Assembly (NCBI GenBank): GCA_951406725.2
Contig: OX597831.1
Span: 30,256,001-30,320,000 of the forward strand
Direction of reading: 5' to 3'
Length of the DNA: 64,000 nt
Source of the DNA: Octopus vulgaris
Lineage: Eukaryota
In this document: piece by piece, positions 1 to 14,115 of the stretch
How positions within the stretch are numbered: position 1 is the stretch's first letter
How the letters are laid out: every line of letters begins with the position of its first letter
Program-made: the position numbers and the translations under genes
The notes under the pieces: generated by a model
Told to the model about the DNA's origin: nothing
The model's input: only the letters and a program-made list of their open reading frames with translations
Database searches by the model: none

Positions 1-1573
1 TCGTGAAGTGATGCATTAAATATAGAAGTAAGTTCCTTCCACCAATTTCTGTCTCACTTAACAACAGAACCGCTACTTTCACCCTTTTATTTCCATTCTT
101 TTTGCCTGTATTTTATCGATAAGACATTAAGCCTATCGCTGAGGAACCAATTATTATCTTAATGCTTGTTTCTTAAATCTGACACAGGCAACCTCGCAGC
201 AGCCGCCGAACGGGTACATTTGAGAGAAAAATGTACACGGCAATGACTTTTATCACACTAAGAGACACTAGTCATTTCCCCCACTTTTTACCGAAAAAGA
301 AAGCCAAACAAATAACGTAAAATAATATAATACAAAATGAAAGTAAAACGCTGGTTATATAGGACGCGATTGCTTTTAACTGAAAAACCGTTTCTTGCTT
401 TCAATACACAGCTATATACAGCAGTGATTGATTTTAATGTAGTATTTGCCAATTGATTTACGTATAAACCTGAAAATACAAGTGACTGCTTTTAGTATGA
501 CAGTTATCAAATAATTTTAATGTTCGGCTGAGTGATGCCGATCAGCAGCGATTTAAGTAGACGACTTATGTGACGGAAGTAGTCTAAGAATTATTAAAAT
601 AGTTGTCTTGTCTTTGTCTGTGTGCTTCTATTGATGAAACAATACAGAGTTTATTAAAAGTGATGTGTATTTACGCCAGTATAGAACAGGCTGCGTGTTT
701 ATATAGGGAATGTTAAGTTAGTGCCTTCATATATAATATAGGAAAGGCTCAAATTAATCAATAACAGTTATGAAATGGAGAGACAACAATTAACTCAGTG
801 ATTAATGTTATTTTAATCAGATATTGGCAAGTAAGGGCGACAACTTGGGACACGTTTCAGTCCTACTAGACGTTTTCAGGTAAGCAGTCTTCTCTAAACT
901 AGTTAAATTAGTGATAAGGGAATACGTATCTTAAACTAAAATTATGTAGATAGGCTGTTGTTAAACATTGTTAAACAAGACGAAAAAATTTTACTAGAGA
1001 AAGATCTAACCAAGACGCAAGTATGAATACATTGAACTATACTTTGTTTTTATTAATTACATTATTATATGTGATTAATTAGTTATATAAAACTGTATTA
1101 TATTTCAGTCTTGTTGTTGCAGTTGCTACTGTTATTTAGCCCAAGGTCAACACTGATCGAGCAGAATTACCATCATTGGCGTTACAGCAGTGATCGCCCG
1201 TCTTTTATTTTCACGCTACGAATATTCATGGAAATATATTTATTCAGCGTATTCACACAGGTTAAAGAAAATATAGTTATTCTATGGAGATATCACAGCA
1301 CATTATGGAGATTAGTAGCACAAGCAACCATACGATCGTTTCCGCTTAAGTAGATTGTTTCTTTAGGCAAATTGTTTCTTTTGTTTCAATATTTCTATAA
1401 TACTTTAACAGATATATGTCCGAATCTGCCGCTAAGTGAGAATCAATGTTCCGAGTAACGACATTTACCCGCAAGAGACCTTACGATAATTATTTTAATA
1501 CAAATTCTACAAAGGTAAGCCACACTGTGAAAGCAACGGAAAATACATAATATAAAACAAAGTAAATACTTAC

Positions 1574-1614
1574 CGTCCTTGAAACGGCTTCCTAATGTCT
1601 GATACTAATTTACT
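1574..1614 (-). CDS. ADCY1: Probable 41-nt coding exon of the same adenylyl cyclase (C1b)
   Basis: Acceptor tctatttctatttgcag and donor gtaagt. Open in phase 0 ([13 protein letters not shown]+CG), so compatible with the preceding exon. The basic RKPF-type segment is plausible for rutabaga-like C1b, but homology support is weak because the exon is short. Confidence 0.7.
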
Positions 1615-1651
1615 CTGCAAATAGAAATAGATATATGCATGTAAGACTGTG

Positions 1652-1653
<2 letters not shown>

Positions 1654-1724
<71 letters not shown>

Positions 1725-1844
1725 ATATATATATATGTATGTATATATATATATGTATGTATGTATATGTGTATATGTATGTATATGTATATATATGCAT
1801 GTAAGAACGTGCCAGTATATATATATACATATATATATACACAC

Positions 1845-1898
<54 letters not shown>
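1654..1898. repeat. Compound (TA)n/(TATG)n microsatellite
   Basis: Seen directly. Confidence 0.97.
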
Positions 1899-1899
<1 letters not shown>

Positions 1900-1901
<2 letters not shown>

Positions 1902-2516
1902 TCTTCTGTCTTCGTTCCTTGCACCACATGGGACCGATTCCTTCTTCTTCATCTGACTCCCTCCTCTCCTCTTTTCATCTGACGCTTACTTCCTCTCTTT
2001 ACTCCTACCCTTCTTTCATTGATACCCCTCCATCCACACCTAGCACACACACATTCCACTTCCATATACCCCACCCTACTCCCACATCTTAACCCCACCC
2101 CCACATCCTTGCCCTAAACCCACACCTCACATCCCCACACCCCACCCTCACGTCCCCACACACCAGCCTCACATCCCAACACCTCAACGCTGACACACCA
2201 CACCACGCCACCCCCCACATAACACCCCCACACCACCTCACACCACCTCACACTACTCCGCACATGCTAGCATTGACTACTTGCCAGCATCTACACCATC
2301 ATCTTTTCAGTCAAACTACCTTTTCCAACCAGTCACCACGATTGACCACTAACTCCACAAGTTTTCTTTTTATTGTCTCTCTATTTCCTCGTGTTCGTTT
2401 CTGTTGAAGAGAGTAGGCACGAAAAGTGAAAGAATTTCTCACCTTCCCGAGCGTCAAACTAATACACCTTCTTATGCTTATATACCTGTCTTCGTCTTTT
2501 GTTTTTCTGAAAATTT
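1900..2516 (+). mobile_element. Probable Penelope-like 3' region/pLTR relic with C/A-rich tract
   Basis: C/A-rich tract followed by ctgttgaagagagtaggcacgaaaag (2401-2426), a decayed version of the hammerhead-like motif at 63977-64000. Confidence 0.45.
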
Positions 2517-2525
2517 CGAAGACCG

Positions 2526-2584
2526 GTGATTGTCGTGCGCTGACGACGGGTAAATATTCAGAAACCCGGGTCCGTGAGTATCAC
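2526..2584 (+). ncRNA. Type I minimal hammerhead ribozyme motif (Penelope pLTR type)
   Basis: CTGACGA (2540-2546), wobble-rich stem II gggta/tattc, GAAAC-CCGG-GTC (2561-2572) with palindromic loop 3, stem I tgcg/cgtg plus gtgat/atcac. Confidence 0.65.
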
Positions 2585-3302
2585 GTCAGGTCGACGATGG
2601 GAAGGATGGCTTTCCTTTGCAAATACTGATAGGGCATAGAAAGTGTGTCACTGGCCAGCTGGAGAAGATGTTCTCTTGGGGCTACAAGCTACAGTAGCAT
2701 CCACCCTTAGTGGTTAGCCACATTTAAGTGGCAAATATACTTCACGTTATATATATATAAATATGTGTGTGTGCGTCTGTGTGTGTGTATGTGTGTGTGT
2801 GTGTGTGTGTTGTACTTGTGTATCTGTAGATGTGGTAGTTTATAAATTATAATGAGACTAAAATTCATTTCAAAGTTTTTGAGAGGATTACAGTATCATG
2901 TATTTCCTTACAGTGGACAAAATCTTGATTATTTCGATATAGAAAACTCGTCAGTTCAGAAAATTGAATACGATAAAGTTTATAAATAATACAAATGGAA
3001 TACGAAATTAGCACACAAAGATATGGAAATAAAATAGCCGTAGGATATGGAAATGAAGGAAATCGAGAAGAGAAAGAAAATGGTCCAAAAGAAGAAATTA
3101 CAAATAAAAAAGAGTGAAAAAAAATAGAAAAGACAAATGCAGCGAAAACAATTGCAGAAAACTAGAATACATGAAAATAGGAGGAAAGTGAAATGTAGGT
3201 AAGGCAAAATTTACGGCCACGGTTCAAAATAAGTAAGGATATAAAATAGTTTGAGTGAAGAACCTGAAATATGACATAAGGTAAATTAAAGACGAAACAC
3301 GC

Positions 3303-3570
<268 letters not shown>

Positions 3571-3665
3571 TTTAGAGACAGAGCCTCCATCAAAGTAATT
3601 CTATTAATAGTGAAAGATATTATCTATAATGAAATATAAATTTAAATATTGTACTAAATAATATA

Positions 3666-3734
<69 letters not shown>

Positions 3735-3956
3735 TGTATGTATGTATGTATGTATGTATGTATGTAGGTAGGTATGTATGCATGTATGTATATAGTAGGA
3801 ATACATCGGGGAAATATAGCTATTTCTACGCAGACTGGAAAAGAATGATCAAACTTAATCGATTTTTCGTGAATTCTATTTTATCGGATTCTCTTTAGAA
3901 AAGTCTACACCATCGTCCATGCTGGCATATGTTGGAGGGTTTGACGGGAGCAGGCC

Positions 3957-4456
3957 GGAAAATTGTTCTTCCCACGAGAATTCCGGACCCCAGTAATGAA
4001 CTCATTTGCATACAGCCAATCAGAGCTCACCTTGACCTTCTTGTCAAGTTAGCAAACACACTCCGCCAAATAAACTCAAGATGAAGAACGGTGTTGTAAG
4101 TCGACCGATCACCAAGTTATGCATCTATACCTATTATCGGATTTTGCTCGGGCCTCATATAATAAAGGTGTGGATGGGAAAAATGTGGGTAGATGGTGAA
4201 GTGCAAGCATCCTTCTCCCCTTACTGTTTTTACAAAGTAAACAACACTATCAACTATGCAGAGGCAGCCATGTCTGAAACAAGAACAAGAACAAGAAGCG
4301 TTATTAAAAGAGAATAAAAAACGTGGTCGTTCCTTACCCAAGTGACCCATCGCTTGTTATGCGCTCATAAATTATTTTGATAGTTGAGCTCTGACTGGCT
4401 GTATGCAAAGGGCTTCATGACTGGGGTCCGGAACTCCAGTTGGAAAAAAATTTCTA
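3957..4456. mobile_element. 500-bp non-autonomous TIR element (MITE) with 9-bp target site duplication
   Basis: Imperfect ~70-bp inverted ends (3957-4029 vs 4385-4456), flanked by GAGCAGGCC (3948-3956) and GAGCCGGCC (4457-4465). Confidence 0.8.
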
Positions 4457-4530
4457 GAGCCGGCCACGCAGAAGACTGCATCAGACTTCTGTGTCTGGGT
4501 ACGGAAGTCTTATATATATGTGTACATACA

Positions 4531-4615
<85 letters not shown>

Positions 4616-4638
4616 ATATATATGTATGCATGTGTATA

Positions 4639-4710
<72 letters not shown>

Positions 4711-4713
<3 letters not shown>

Positions 4714-4922
4714 CTATTCTAGGCACAAGGCCCGAAATTTCGGGGGAGGGGCGCCAGTCGATTACATCGACTCCAGTACGCAACTGGTACTTAATTTATC
4801 GACTCCGAAAGGATGAAAGGCAAATCGACCTCGGTGGAATTTGAACACAGAGCATAAAGACAGACGAAATACCGCTAAGCATTTCGCCAGACGTGCTATC
4901 GTGTCTACCAGCTCTCCGCCTT
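4711..4922 (-). mobile_element. SINE family A (tRNA-like head ggcggcgagctggcagaa...gttcaaattcc), tail type 1
   Basis: High similarity to more than 10 other copies in the window; box A/B-like motifs. Confidence 0.9.
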
Positions 4923-6364
4923 ATATGTATGCATGTATATATATGTATATGCTTCTTCAAAGTTATTGCAGTATAAACCATTTTTGAATAACAGCAGGTG
5001 TAAACACATGGACAGGTTTTTTTTTATATATGTCAATGTATATGACATAGATTATTAGTAATTATTTCATTCAGCTCATGTCATTTATGCCGCTAATCGT
5101 GCTTTACCCGCGTAAATGCTTCAGGAAAGACAAAACATAAAGAAATTCAAGATGGCGCAGAAACCCAGGTGTATTTTGTTTGGATCGCATCACGCGTCTT
5201 TAATACGCAGTTTTGGCAATTATTCAGCAACAAATAATGAAAGTAATATCAGGCAGAGAGGACAGCTCAGGGTCATTTTATGTATTAAGAAAGGAAGTGA
5301 TATAAAATTGCAATCATATAATAAAACAATGGGACTTAACTGTAAGTAAAAGTGAATTAGTGAGAAAGTGGGAGAGAGGGTTAGAGAGAGAGAGAGAGAG
5401 AGAGAGAGTCAGTGAGAGAGAAGGAGAGAAGGACAGAGAAAGACAGAGAGAGACACTGAGAGAGAGAAAGAGAGAGAGAGAGAGAACTTAGCATGGAGAA
5501 CATAGCTGAATGATAATATCAAATATAAATGAAAATTGAACAAACGGAACAGAACGTAGAATGAAGATAATTATAAGAAAAATGACTATCATAATTAAAC
5601 AAAAGAGGGAGCGACTCTCAGTGTTACGGGGTTATCCATAGTAAAGCAATCAACGTGATACTCAGGGGGAAATAATATGAGGTGAGCATGGAAACTTGAC
5701 GGTAACTTCAAGTTTATTAGTTGAAATTAATTGCTAGATTTCTTCGCTGTTGTTGCTAGAGATATTCTGCTCATATCTAATATAAATGGACACAATATGA
5801 AGAAACAACTTAGAGTATTAATAATAGGAACATTCAGAAAATATCATAAAATAATTACATTAACCTCCTCAAACTAATAAATTTCCTAAATATTATAATA
5901 TAACTCGTCACAGGTAAACGATATCATAAAACCGAATGAAGAAATAATATACATTAATAACTACGCGCTTTGGATTATTAAGGACATCACAGGCAATATC
6001 AGTAGAAATATTTCCTATGTGTTATTAGCCGTGAATTTATTAATAAAGTAAACATAGGACATGAACAAAAAATGGGTTTGAATGAATAAACTAAAACGAA
6101 AATAATAAGTTATAATTCGTCAAGCAGTATCAAAGTGCAAAGGAACATAAAATGCTTCCTAAATTTGTTATGTTTATATTTGTTTCGCTTCTTACTGGTT
6201 TCGTAAAACTTTTAATAATAATTCTGCCAAAGTTAGTTGTAGCTGTTTAAGTGATATAGTGTCATCCATTACCAGATGTACTGCAAGCACAAAAATATAA
6301 CTCAATCAACTCATCACGAATGTAACTGTAGAAATATAGTTAATTGTTGCTATCGAACTAAATA

Positions 6365-6563
6365 TTGATCTCAAATTTTGTCAAAGGAACAGCAGTTCTG
6401 GCGAAGTAATAAGTCGATTAAATCAACCCCAGTGCTCAGCTGGTACTTATTTTATCTATACCAAAATGATGAAAGTCACAGTCGACCCAGGCGGAATATT
6501 AACCGGCGAGGTACGCTAAGCATTCTACCTGGCGTATTAACGTATCTACCAGCTCGTCGCCTT
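6365..6563 (-). mobile_element. SINE family A, degenerate copy
   Basis: Similarity to other family A copies. Confidence 0.75.
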
Positions 6564-6580
6564 ATATCTAATTAAATATT

Positions 6581-6977
6581 CTTTTCTACTCTAGGCACAA
6601 GGCCCGAAATTTTTGGGAGGGTGCCAGTCGATTAGATCGACCCCAGTAAGTAGCTGGTACTTAATTAATCGACCCCGAAAGGATAAAAGGCAAAGTCGAC
6701 CTTGGCGGAATTTGAACTCAGAACGTAAAGACGGACGAAATACCTGTTTCTTTATTACCCACAAGGGGCTAAACATAGAGAGGACAAACAAGGACAGACA
6801 AACGGATTAAGTCGATTACATCGACCCCAGTGCGTAACTGGTAGTTAATTTATCGACCACGAAAGGATGAAAGGCAAAGTCGACCTCGGCGGAATTTGAA
6901 CTTTGAACGTAACGGCAGACGAAATCCGGCTACGCATTTCGCCCGACGTGCTAACGTTTCTGCCAGCTCGCCACCTT
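6581..6977 (-). mobile_element. SINE family A dimer (tail 2 monomer + partial tail 1 monomer)
   Basis: Internal duplication of the SINE body; TSD ATATCTAATTAAATATT at 6564-6580 and 6978-6994. Confidence 0.92.
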
Positions 6978-7690
6978 ATATCTAATTAAATATTACACCT
7001 CGTTTATTAGTCATGCTGTTCATTGTAGTCACTCACCCGCTGACTCAAGTGCAGCTACTTAAAAATTCGGCAAAGTTAGTAATTTTTTCTTTCGCATATC
7101 TCATTCTAAAAAATTCCATAACAATATTATTCAATATCACTGTAGAAATTTGTCAGGAATTCGAAATCTAACATGTAGCATTCATTGATTTTGATATTTT
7201 CTCTAAGGAACGAAACTTGCGGAAAATGCTGAAACACATTAAATGAGAAAATATAAAACTAAAGGAGAATAAGTTAAAAATCTAATTAGAAGAATAACAG
7301 TCCCCGTTTTAATAAAAAAGATAATTCGCCAAAAGATTCAGCAGTTTATATAAAGTGTTTTGATGATACGTATGAATAGGATGGTAACTATTTATGGGTC
7401 CATAATATCTCGATATATATTTGCGGTCGGGAAATATTTTTTGATTTAACAGAGAAATTGGTTTGCAATAATGGATTTTTTTCCAGAAATATTCTATGGT
7501 TTTACTATACATTATTGAAGGGTTTCTACTTCTATATAGCACGAAAATCAGCGATGTTAAATTTTACCATCAGTAGTCGATATTAGTCCGCCATTGTACA
7601 AAGCTAGCAAACTCTTGATCGGAGGATGCAGTGGTTGCGGAATGTAATCCCTTTTTCATCGTACACATGAATAAGCACACACACACACAC

Positions 7691-7770
<80 letters not shown>

Positions 7771-8219
7771 AATATGTGGGTGGGTGTATCTATATATATG
7801 CACATATATGTATGCATGTATGCATGTATGTATGTAAGTATGAGGTTCTACACGATTCTAACACAAAATAAGCAGAAACCCTACATAATCACTCCCTTAT
7901 TGTCGAACATTGTTATAGAATACAGTAAATTGTTTCATAGAAACACGGAATGCAAACAATGAAATTCATAGATATGTGTTATTCAGTAGAAGAAAAAAAA
8001 AAAAAAATATTACGATTCCACGCGGCAAAATCCTCTTAAAACTTTTCATCGAGAAACCAGAATTCGCCTTAAGCGAATAGTGATGTAAGGATTAATTCTT
8101 CGAGAGGAGATACCACACATACAGACACAAACACACACTCTCACACACATATATACACATACACCTAAGTGGAAAACAAAAAGTGAAATCAGCCCTTTGC
8201 TTTAAATTGTATACTACAC

Positions 8220-8239
8220 ACACTCACACATATATATTC

Positions 8240-8270
<31 letters not shown>

Positions 8271-8275
8271 TATAC

Positions 8276-8338
<63 letters not shown>

Positions 8339-8355
8339 CATACATATATATGTAT

Positions 8356-8406
<51 letters not shown>

Positions 8407-8557
8407 CATATATATATATACATATATATACATATATATATATATATACATAAATATATATACATATATATATATACATATATATACATATATATATATA
8501 TATACATAAATATATATACATATATATATACATATATATATACATATATATATATAT

Positions 8558-8622
<65 letters not shown>

Positions 8623-8627
8623 TATAT
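8220..8627. repeat. Long (TA)n/(TACA)/(CA)n microsatellite
   Basis: Seen directly. Confidence 0.97.
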
Positions 8628-9396
8628 GTTTATAAGAGCGTATAAATTAAACTTCAAACAACCAACAGCAATATTTATAATGAAATTAACTGAAAAACAG
8701 CGAGTCGTCACGAACACAACATTAAAAAATCAGAATTTTTTCATTACAAAATCATTTTTCATTACATCGAAATCGAAATAGAAAAGAAAGTAAGAAAGAA
8801 TTTTGAAAATTCACCCAAATTGTAGACTCATTAATTTTGCCTCAAGTGATTATCATATTCTTACTAAAATGATTTTCATGCCAAAGTAAAGCTGTCTAAA
8901 AATTAAAATCTGTGGAATAAATCTAGGTTTATTGTTACACGATTCAGTGGCATCGAACATGCGTTATATACTTAAATTACAATCTCATCAAGTGAAGGTG
9001 GATGCGAAGCTTTGACATATGCTTATCACAATAACTCGATGTACATCTTGGTCAAATACTTTACGAATAATTACATAATTACTCTACGCCAAGAATGCCT
9101 CCTAATGATTAATCCACGTCTCAGAAATACACATGATGTTTTAGAAGACACGAACTCCCCATATCACTTCATTTTTCGATTTTTGTTGACCACATTATAC
9201 ATTCGACAACTGGATTTTAACAGGGGGATTCGTATGAGTCCTCTTTGAGTATGATTAAAATGGTTAAAAGTGTAGTATCCAAATGTCTTTCAATGATTGG
9301 TACTTGGACAAGAAGCACTGCCCAAACCTGGCTTGGTAGTGAACCAAAACAATACTAAGCTGGTCTTTATGTGATGCACAACGGACTGTCTCTCTA

Positions 9397-9698
9397 TCGG
9401 TTGCAACGACGAGGGTTCTAGTTGATACGATCAACGTAACAATCGGCCCGTGAAATTAACCTGCAAGTGGAAGAACACTCCACAAAAACGCACACCCTTA
9501 ACGTAGTTCTCGGGTACATAACACGGATATGGCAAGGTTGGCTCTTTGAATTACAGGTCCTATTCATTTGTACCATCTGAGTGGACTGGCACAACGTGAA
9601 ATAAAGTGCCTTGCTCAGGGGCACAATGGGTCGCTGATTTTTGAACTCATGACCTTACACTCATAAGTCAAATACCCTAATCATTTAGCCACGCGTCT
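9397..9698 (-). mobile_element. SINE family D, tail x
   Basis: Aligns with 39298-39617 and 58482-58804. Confidence 0.85.
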
Positions 9699-10134
9699 AC
9701 GAGCACAACGAACGAAGATGAAATATGCAGTCACTTTTATGTCTTCGATATCCGTGTAACGCAGGGTGGAGACCTTACAATCTTCCGGTCTGCTATCGAG
9801 GTCAGTGCCACTAGCTCCTATCTTCTCCACACAAGAGTAGCAGAAATAATAGGGATGATCTGGTGAGTAAAACACTAGAAGGAACCCCGGTCTACATCAT
9901 ATAGAAAGCTGGGACGCTGAATTATTGATGGGCTGCAACCTTTCCTTTTGTAGAACTTAATACCAAATTACCACTGTGACTACCATGGCATTAAAGGCGA
10001 GGATGAGGATGATATAGTGGTGGATAGGTGTTAACAATGAGGATGATGATAATGACAATGATATGAATGAGAATGATTATAGCAATGATGATATTGAATC
10101 AAGAACTGCCAACAACTAGTGAGTGTTTATTATT

Positions 10135-10620
10135 AAAAAGTAATGTTATATGGTATAGCCTACCATGCCTCAATGATGTAAAAATCAATGCTGCAAAACA
10201 TTTTCTCTTGTTATTGAGGAAATGTTTCCCAATCACCCACAAGTTTCATTGGAAAAAACACCATACAATGGATTACATCTGGCGAAAGCAATCTTAACTG
10301 CCATTAATGACCCACAATGAATATTGCAGAGAAGTCATGTGTGAAATGAAACGACAGGCATTTGCCGAAGTAGAATGCTTTTGCTTTCCTGAAGAAAAAT
10401 ACTTTCAAAAAAGCATTATATAGAGTGAACATGTCTTCATCGACAATGTAACAATAAGCTGTATAAAACTCAGAGAAAATAGATTCAAAAGTCGGTTTCT
10501 CGTCATTGACATCTGGAGAAAACACGATTAATTTTGAACTATATTTGGAATGGAAAAGATAAAGAAAAGGCTACCACCCTTACACAAGATACAAGAATCT
10601 AGAATAGGATCAATATTTTC
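10135..10620 (+). mobile_element. Decayed Penelope-like (Neptune-type) RT-thumb/GIY-YIG fragment
   Basis: NVIWYSLPCLNDVKINAAKHFLLLLRKCFPITHKFH is homologous to 48480-48885. Downstream KSIIYRV...ENRFKSRF resembles GIY-YIG. Frameshifted. Confidence 0.7.
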
Positions 10621-10807
10621 TAGCTTATATCTTGCAGTGTGACTTCAAATAATTCGCTTTTTGCTTAGAATTATAATGTATGTGCAGTGTGTGTGCGCGT
10701 ATGTGCGTGTGTGCGTACGTGCGTGTGTGTGTTTATGTGTATACTTGTATTTGTGATTGTGTGCGTAGGTGAGTTTGCTACGTATATGTATGCGTATGTG
10801 CATGTGA

Positions 10808-10848
<41 letters not shown>

Positions 10849-11023
10849 CATATATGTTTGTATGTATGTGCGCGTGTTCCAACGTACTTCTTTACAATTT
10901 CCCAAAATACTTTTAATTACTTCATAAAAACAATTTGCGCCTCTATAAGAAAACAATAAAAAAATTCTGAGATACCAATAGGTACTCACGCACATACATT
11001 AATACATATGTGCAATATATGCA

Positions 11024-11060
<37 letters not shown>

Positions 11061-11089
11061 GTATGTATGTATATATGTATGTATGCATA

Positions 11090-11124
<35 letters not shown>

Positions 11125-11188
11125 TGCTTACACTCTCCCTCTCTCCACATCTATCTATCTAACTATCTATCTATCTATATATCTATCA

Positions 11189-11296
<108 letters not shown>

Positions 11297-11949
11297 GCAC
11301 ATATGTGTGTGCTTGTGTATATATATATATGTGTGTGTGTATATAGCTACAAAATCTATTATATCACTGTTTCACTTGCACGTTTTTGTTCATGCGATAT
11401 ATTCCACTTTTCTTTAATATATTTAATTTTATACTAAGAAATTTCCTTTAGTTTTAGCTTGATTTTATTTCTTTCACGATTATCTGTCAAGAGATCGAAG
11501 CCAAATTGTCTACGAGTTAAGATCAAAAGTCACCAGTCTTGGGAGAAAGTTTGATAATTACACTTTCTAAGAAACTATTTCAATGTTCGGAGACAGCTTC
11601 ATGTAAAATGTGCATTGCTAACAGCTTCCGTTAATTGCGTTGATCCAATGCTATGATACAACATTATCAATAACAATAGCAGAGTAAAATCTAGCAGGTG
11701 AGTAATGCGTATGTATGTGTACGTGATAAGAAGAGAGACAAAAGTGAAAGGGAATTGTTATGTGTAAACGTGGATATTTGTAAAAGGAAAGAATTTAATT
11801 ACTTCAAGATTTAAAGTTTAGATTTGGCTCTTCCCTCAAGCCTCCTTAATGTTATGACTGATTTGTTATTGTCGTGTTGCTTTCTTTAGCTAAATGACGG
11901 ACTATACGTACATACAGATGCATGCATACATACATATACTTACATACAT

Positions 11950-11980
<31 letters not shown>

Positions 11981-11993
11981 AATATATATATAT

Positions 11994-12059
<66 letters not shown>

Positions 12060-12495
12060 ATGTATATATATGTATATATACATACGCACACGTTTCATAA
12101 ACTGGGTATCTCTATAGATGAAAATTCTTTCTTTGCATACACTACCGTACTGTAAAAATGCCGCACATATAAAACTGCATATATATATATATACGCACAA
12201 GCATATGTACTTATTCCTTCGCCCACGCACGTACGCAGGCACACACACACACACATGCGCGCGCATGCACACATACATACACATTTATATACCCACATGC
12301 ACACAATAAATTGATAAAGTAACTAACACACTTTGTTCTAGTATCGCCTATTAGAAATAGGTACTTGAACAATAGTCACCTCTTACTCTCTTAATCACCG
12401 CCATATTATAATTATTGAAACACACATCCACACACAGAATATATATATGTGTGTATGTATGTATGTATGTATGTATGTATGTATGTATTATGTAT

Positions 12496-12561
<66 letters not shown>

Positions 12562-12654
12562 GTCTGCATGTCTGTGTATGCTATTGTTCAGTTTTATTTC
12601 AAGATTTCTTGCCTATAGAGAAAGAGTCGGTTTCTAACCTAGATCCAAGGCTCC

Positions 12655-13490
12655 TTGAATCTGTATTCTTCGAATTAGCTTTCTCTTTTCTGGTTTTGAG
12701 AAGCCTAATTCCTCAAGATTGGCATTTAGGAAGTGTGTTACATATCCCAGGGCCTCAATAATTACACGTACAAATCTGAAATTGTAATCTGGATAGAGTA
12801 ACTGCAGATTTCTCAATAGTTCAGCGTAGGCATTCTCTTTTTCACTGATCTTAAGGTTTATGTTAATATCCACTGGGGCAGTTAATTTCCACAACTGTTC
12901 ACAGTTTCTCTTCCTTCCAAGTTCTTATATCAGGTCTGTTGTGTTTACATTTTATTGAGGTCATCACTGTGACATTCCACTAGTACTCCTTTTTATTATG
13001 AATGGCTATGGTTTCTACCATACTGTGGGTTCTTATTTCGTTGTCCTCGGAGTTATCCTTCCGACGGATTTCATTAGAAAATGTCCTAGCTACAACATCA
13101 TGTCTCATCGGTAGATAATACCGTGACGACATTTTCGGACAACTGCTTTCAACTCCACAAAGTCTGCATCTGTTGTCACATTTTACTGCTTTTCCTACAT
13201 ATTTATCCCTTTTGTGCATCAGGTACTTGGTTGATATTTCTAGTTCATGGATTGCAAACGTGGGAGGTAGTAATCCGGCTATTGGTCCATGATAGACTGC
13301 TTTGATGATCAATGTTACTCTCATCTCGGAGCTTTCTACTAACATATCTATGCGTAGTCTTCTGCTCATATACGCTCATCCTTTCATCTGATGATAAGTT
13401 GCGATAGAGTTGTGTGACTTCTTTGGATATGTATTTTAGGTGATCAGACAAGGAATGTTGCTCAAAATGTTACCAGCCTCAAGTATGCAA
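12655..13490 (-). mobile_element. Non-LTR retrotransposon fragment with restriction-like endonuclease (R4/NeSL-like)
   Basis: CRLCG...SSCPKMSSRYYLPMRHDVVA zinc knuckle, then KHNRPDI and PVDINI...EKENAYAEL...IIEALGYV RLE motifs, with frameshifts. Confidence 0.85.
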
Positions 13491-13737
13491 ATTTGGCCAA
13501 TGGATGCACTTTGACATTTAGTGGTCAAAAGATGTTGCCGATTTGAAAGGCGTTTTGGATCGATGTTAAGCCTCTGCCACCTTGCTTTCATTTTAAGTAG
13601 AGGCGGTTTGCGTCACTGTTTATATAGAAATTATGTGTGCTTGTTAGTATTTTTCGGGTTTCACATCAATGGCTCGGATCTCATCAAGCGTCCAATCAAG
13701 CAGCCCAGATGTTGGTATGAGTATATGTATGTATGGT

Positions 13738-14115
13738 GGAGGCGCAATGGCGCAATGGTTAGAGCAGCCGACTCGCGGTCATAGGATCGCTGTATCGATT
13801 CCTAGAACAGGCGTTGTGAATGTTTATTGAGCGAAAACACTTAAAGCTTCACGAAGCTCCAGCAGGGGATGGCGGCGAACCCTGCTGTACTCTTTCAACA
13901 CAACTTTCCTTCACTCTTTCTTCCTATTTCTGTTGTACCTGAATTTCAAAGCGCCAGCCTTGTCACACGCTAAGTCACGCTGAATCTTTCTGAGAACTAC
14001 GTTAAGGGTACGCGTGTCTGTGGAATGCTCAACCACTTACACGTTAATTTCACGAGCAGGCTGTTTCGTTGATTGGATCAACAGGAACCCTCGTCGTCGT
14101 AACCGACGGAGTGCC
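13738..14115 (+). mobile_element. SINE family C head with tail x
   Basis: tRNA-like head shared with 33004-33314; 3' half shared with family D copies. Confidence 0.9.

Noticed and set aside
849-879. Minus-strand hammerhead-like CTGAAAA...GAAAC-GT-GTC
   Set aside because: Core G is mutated and stem I does not pair; at most a dead relic.
2925-2956. Minus-strand CTGACGAG...CGAAAT
   Set aside because: No credible stem I or stem II.
4081-4317. 78-aa ORF inside the MITE (GEVQAS..YKV)
   Set aside because: Too short and without a diagnostic motif; at best a transposon protein scrap.
13738-13810. tRNA-like sequences at SINE heads (also 33004, 39540-39617, 43070-43146)
   Set aside because: Box A/B are present but each continues into a SINE body; they are not tRNA genes.
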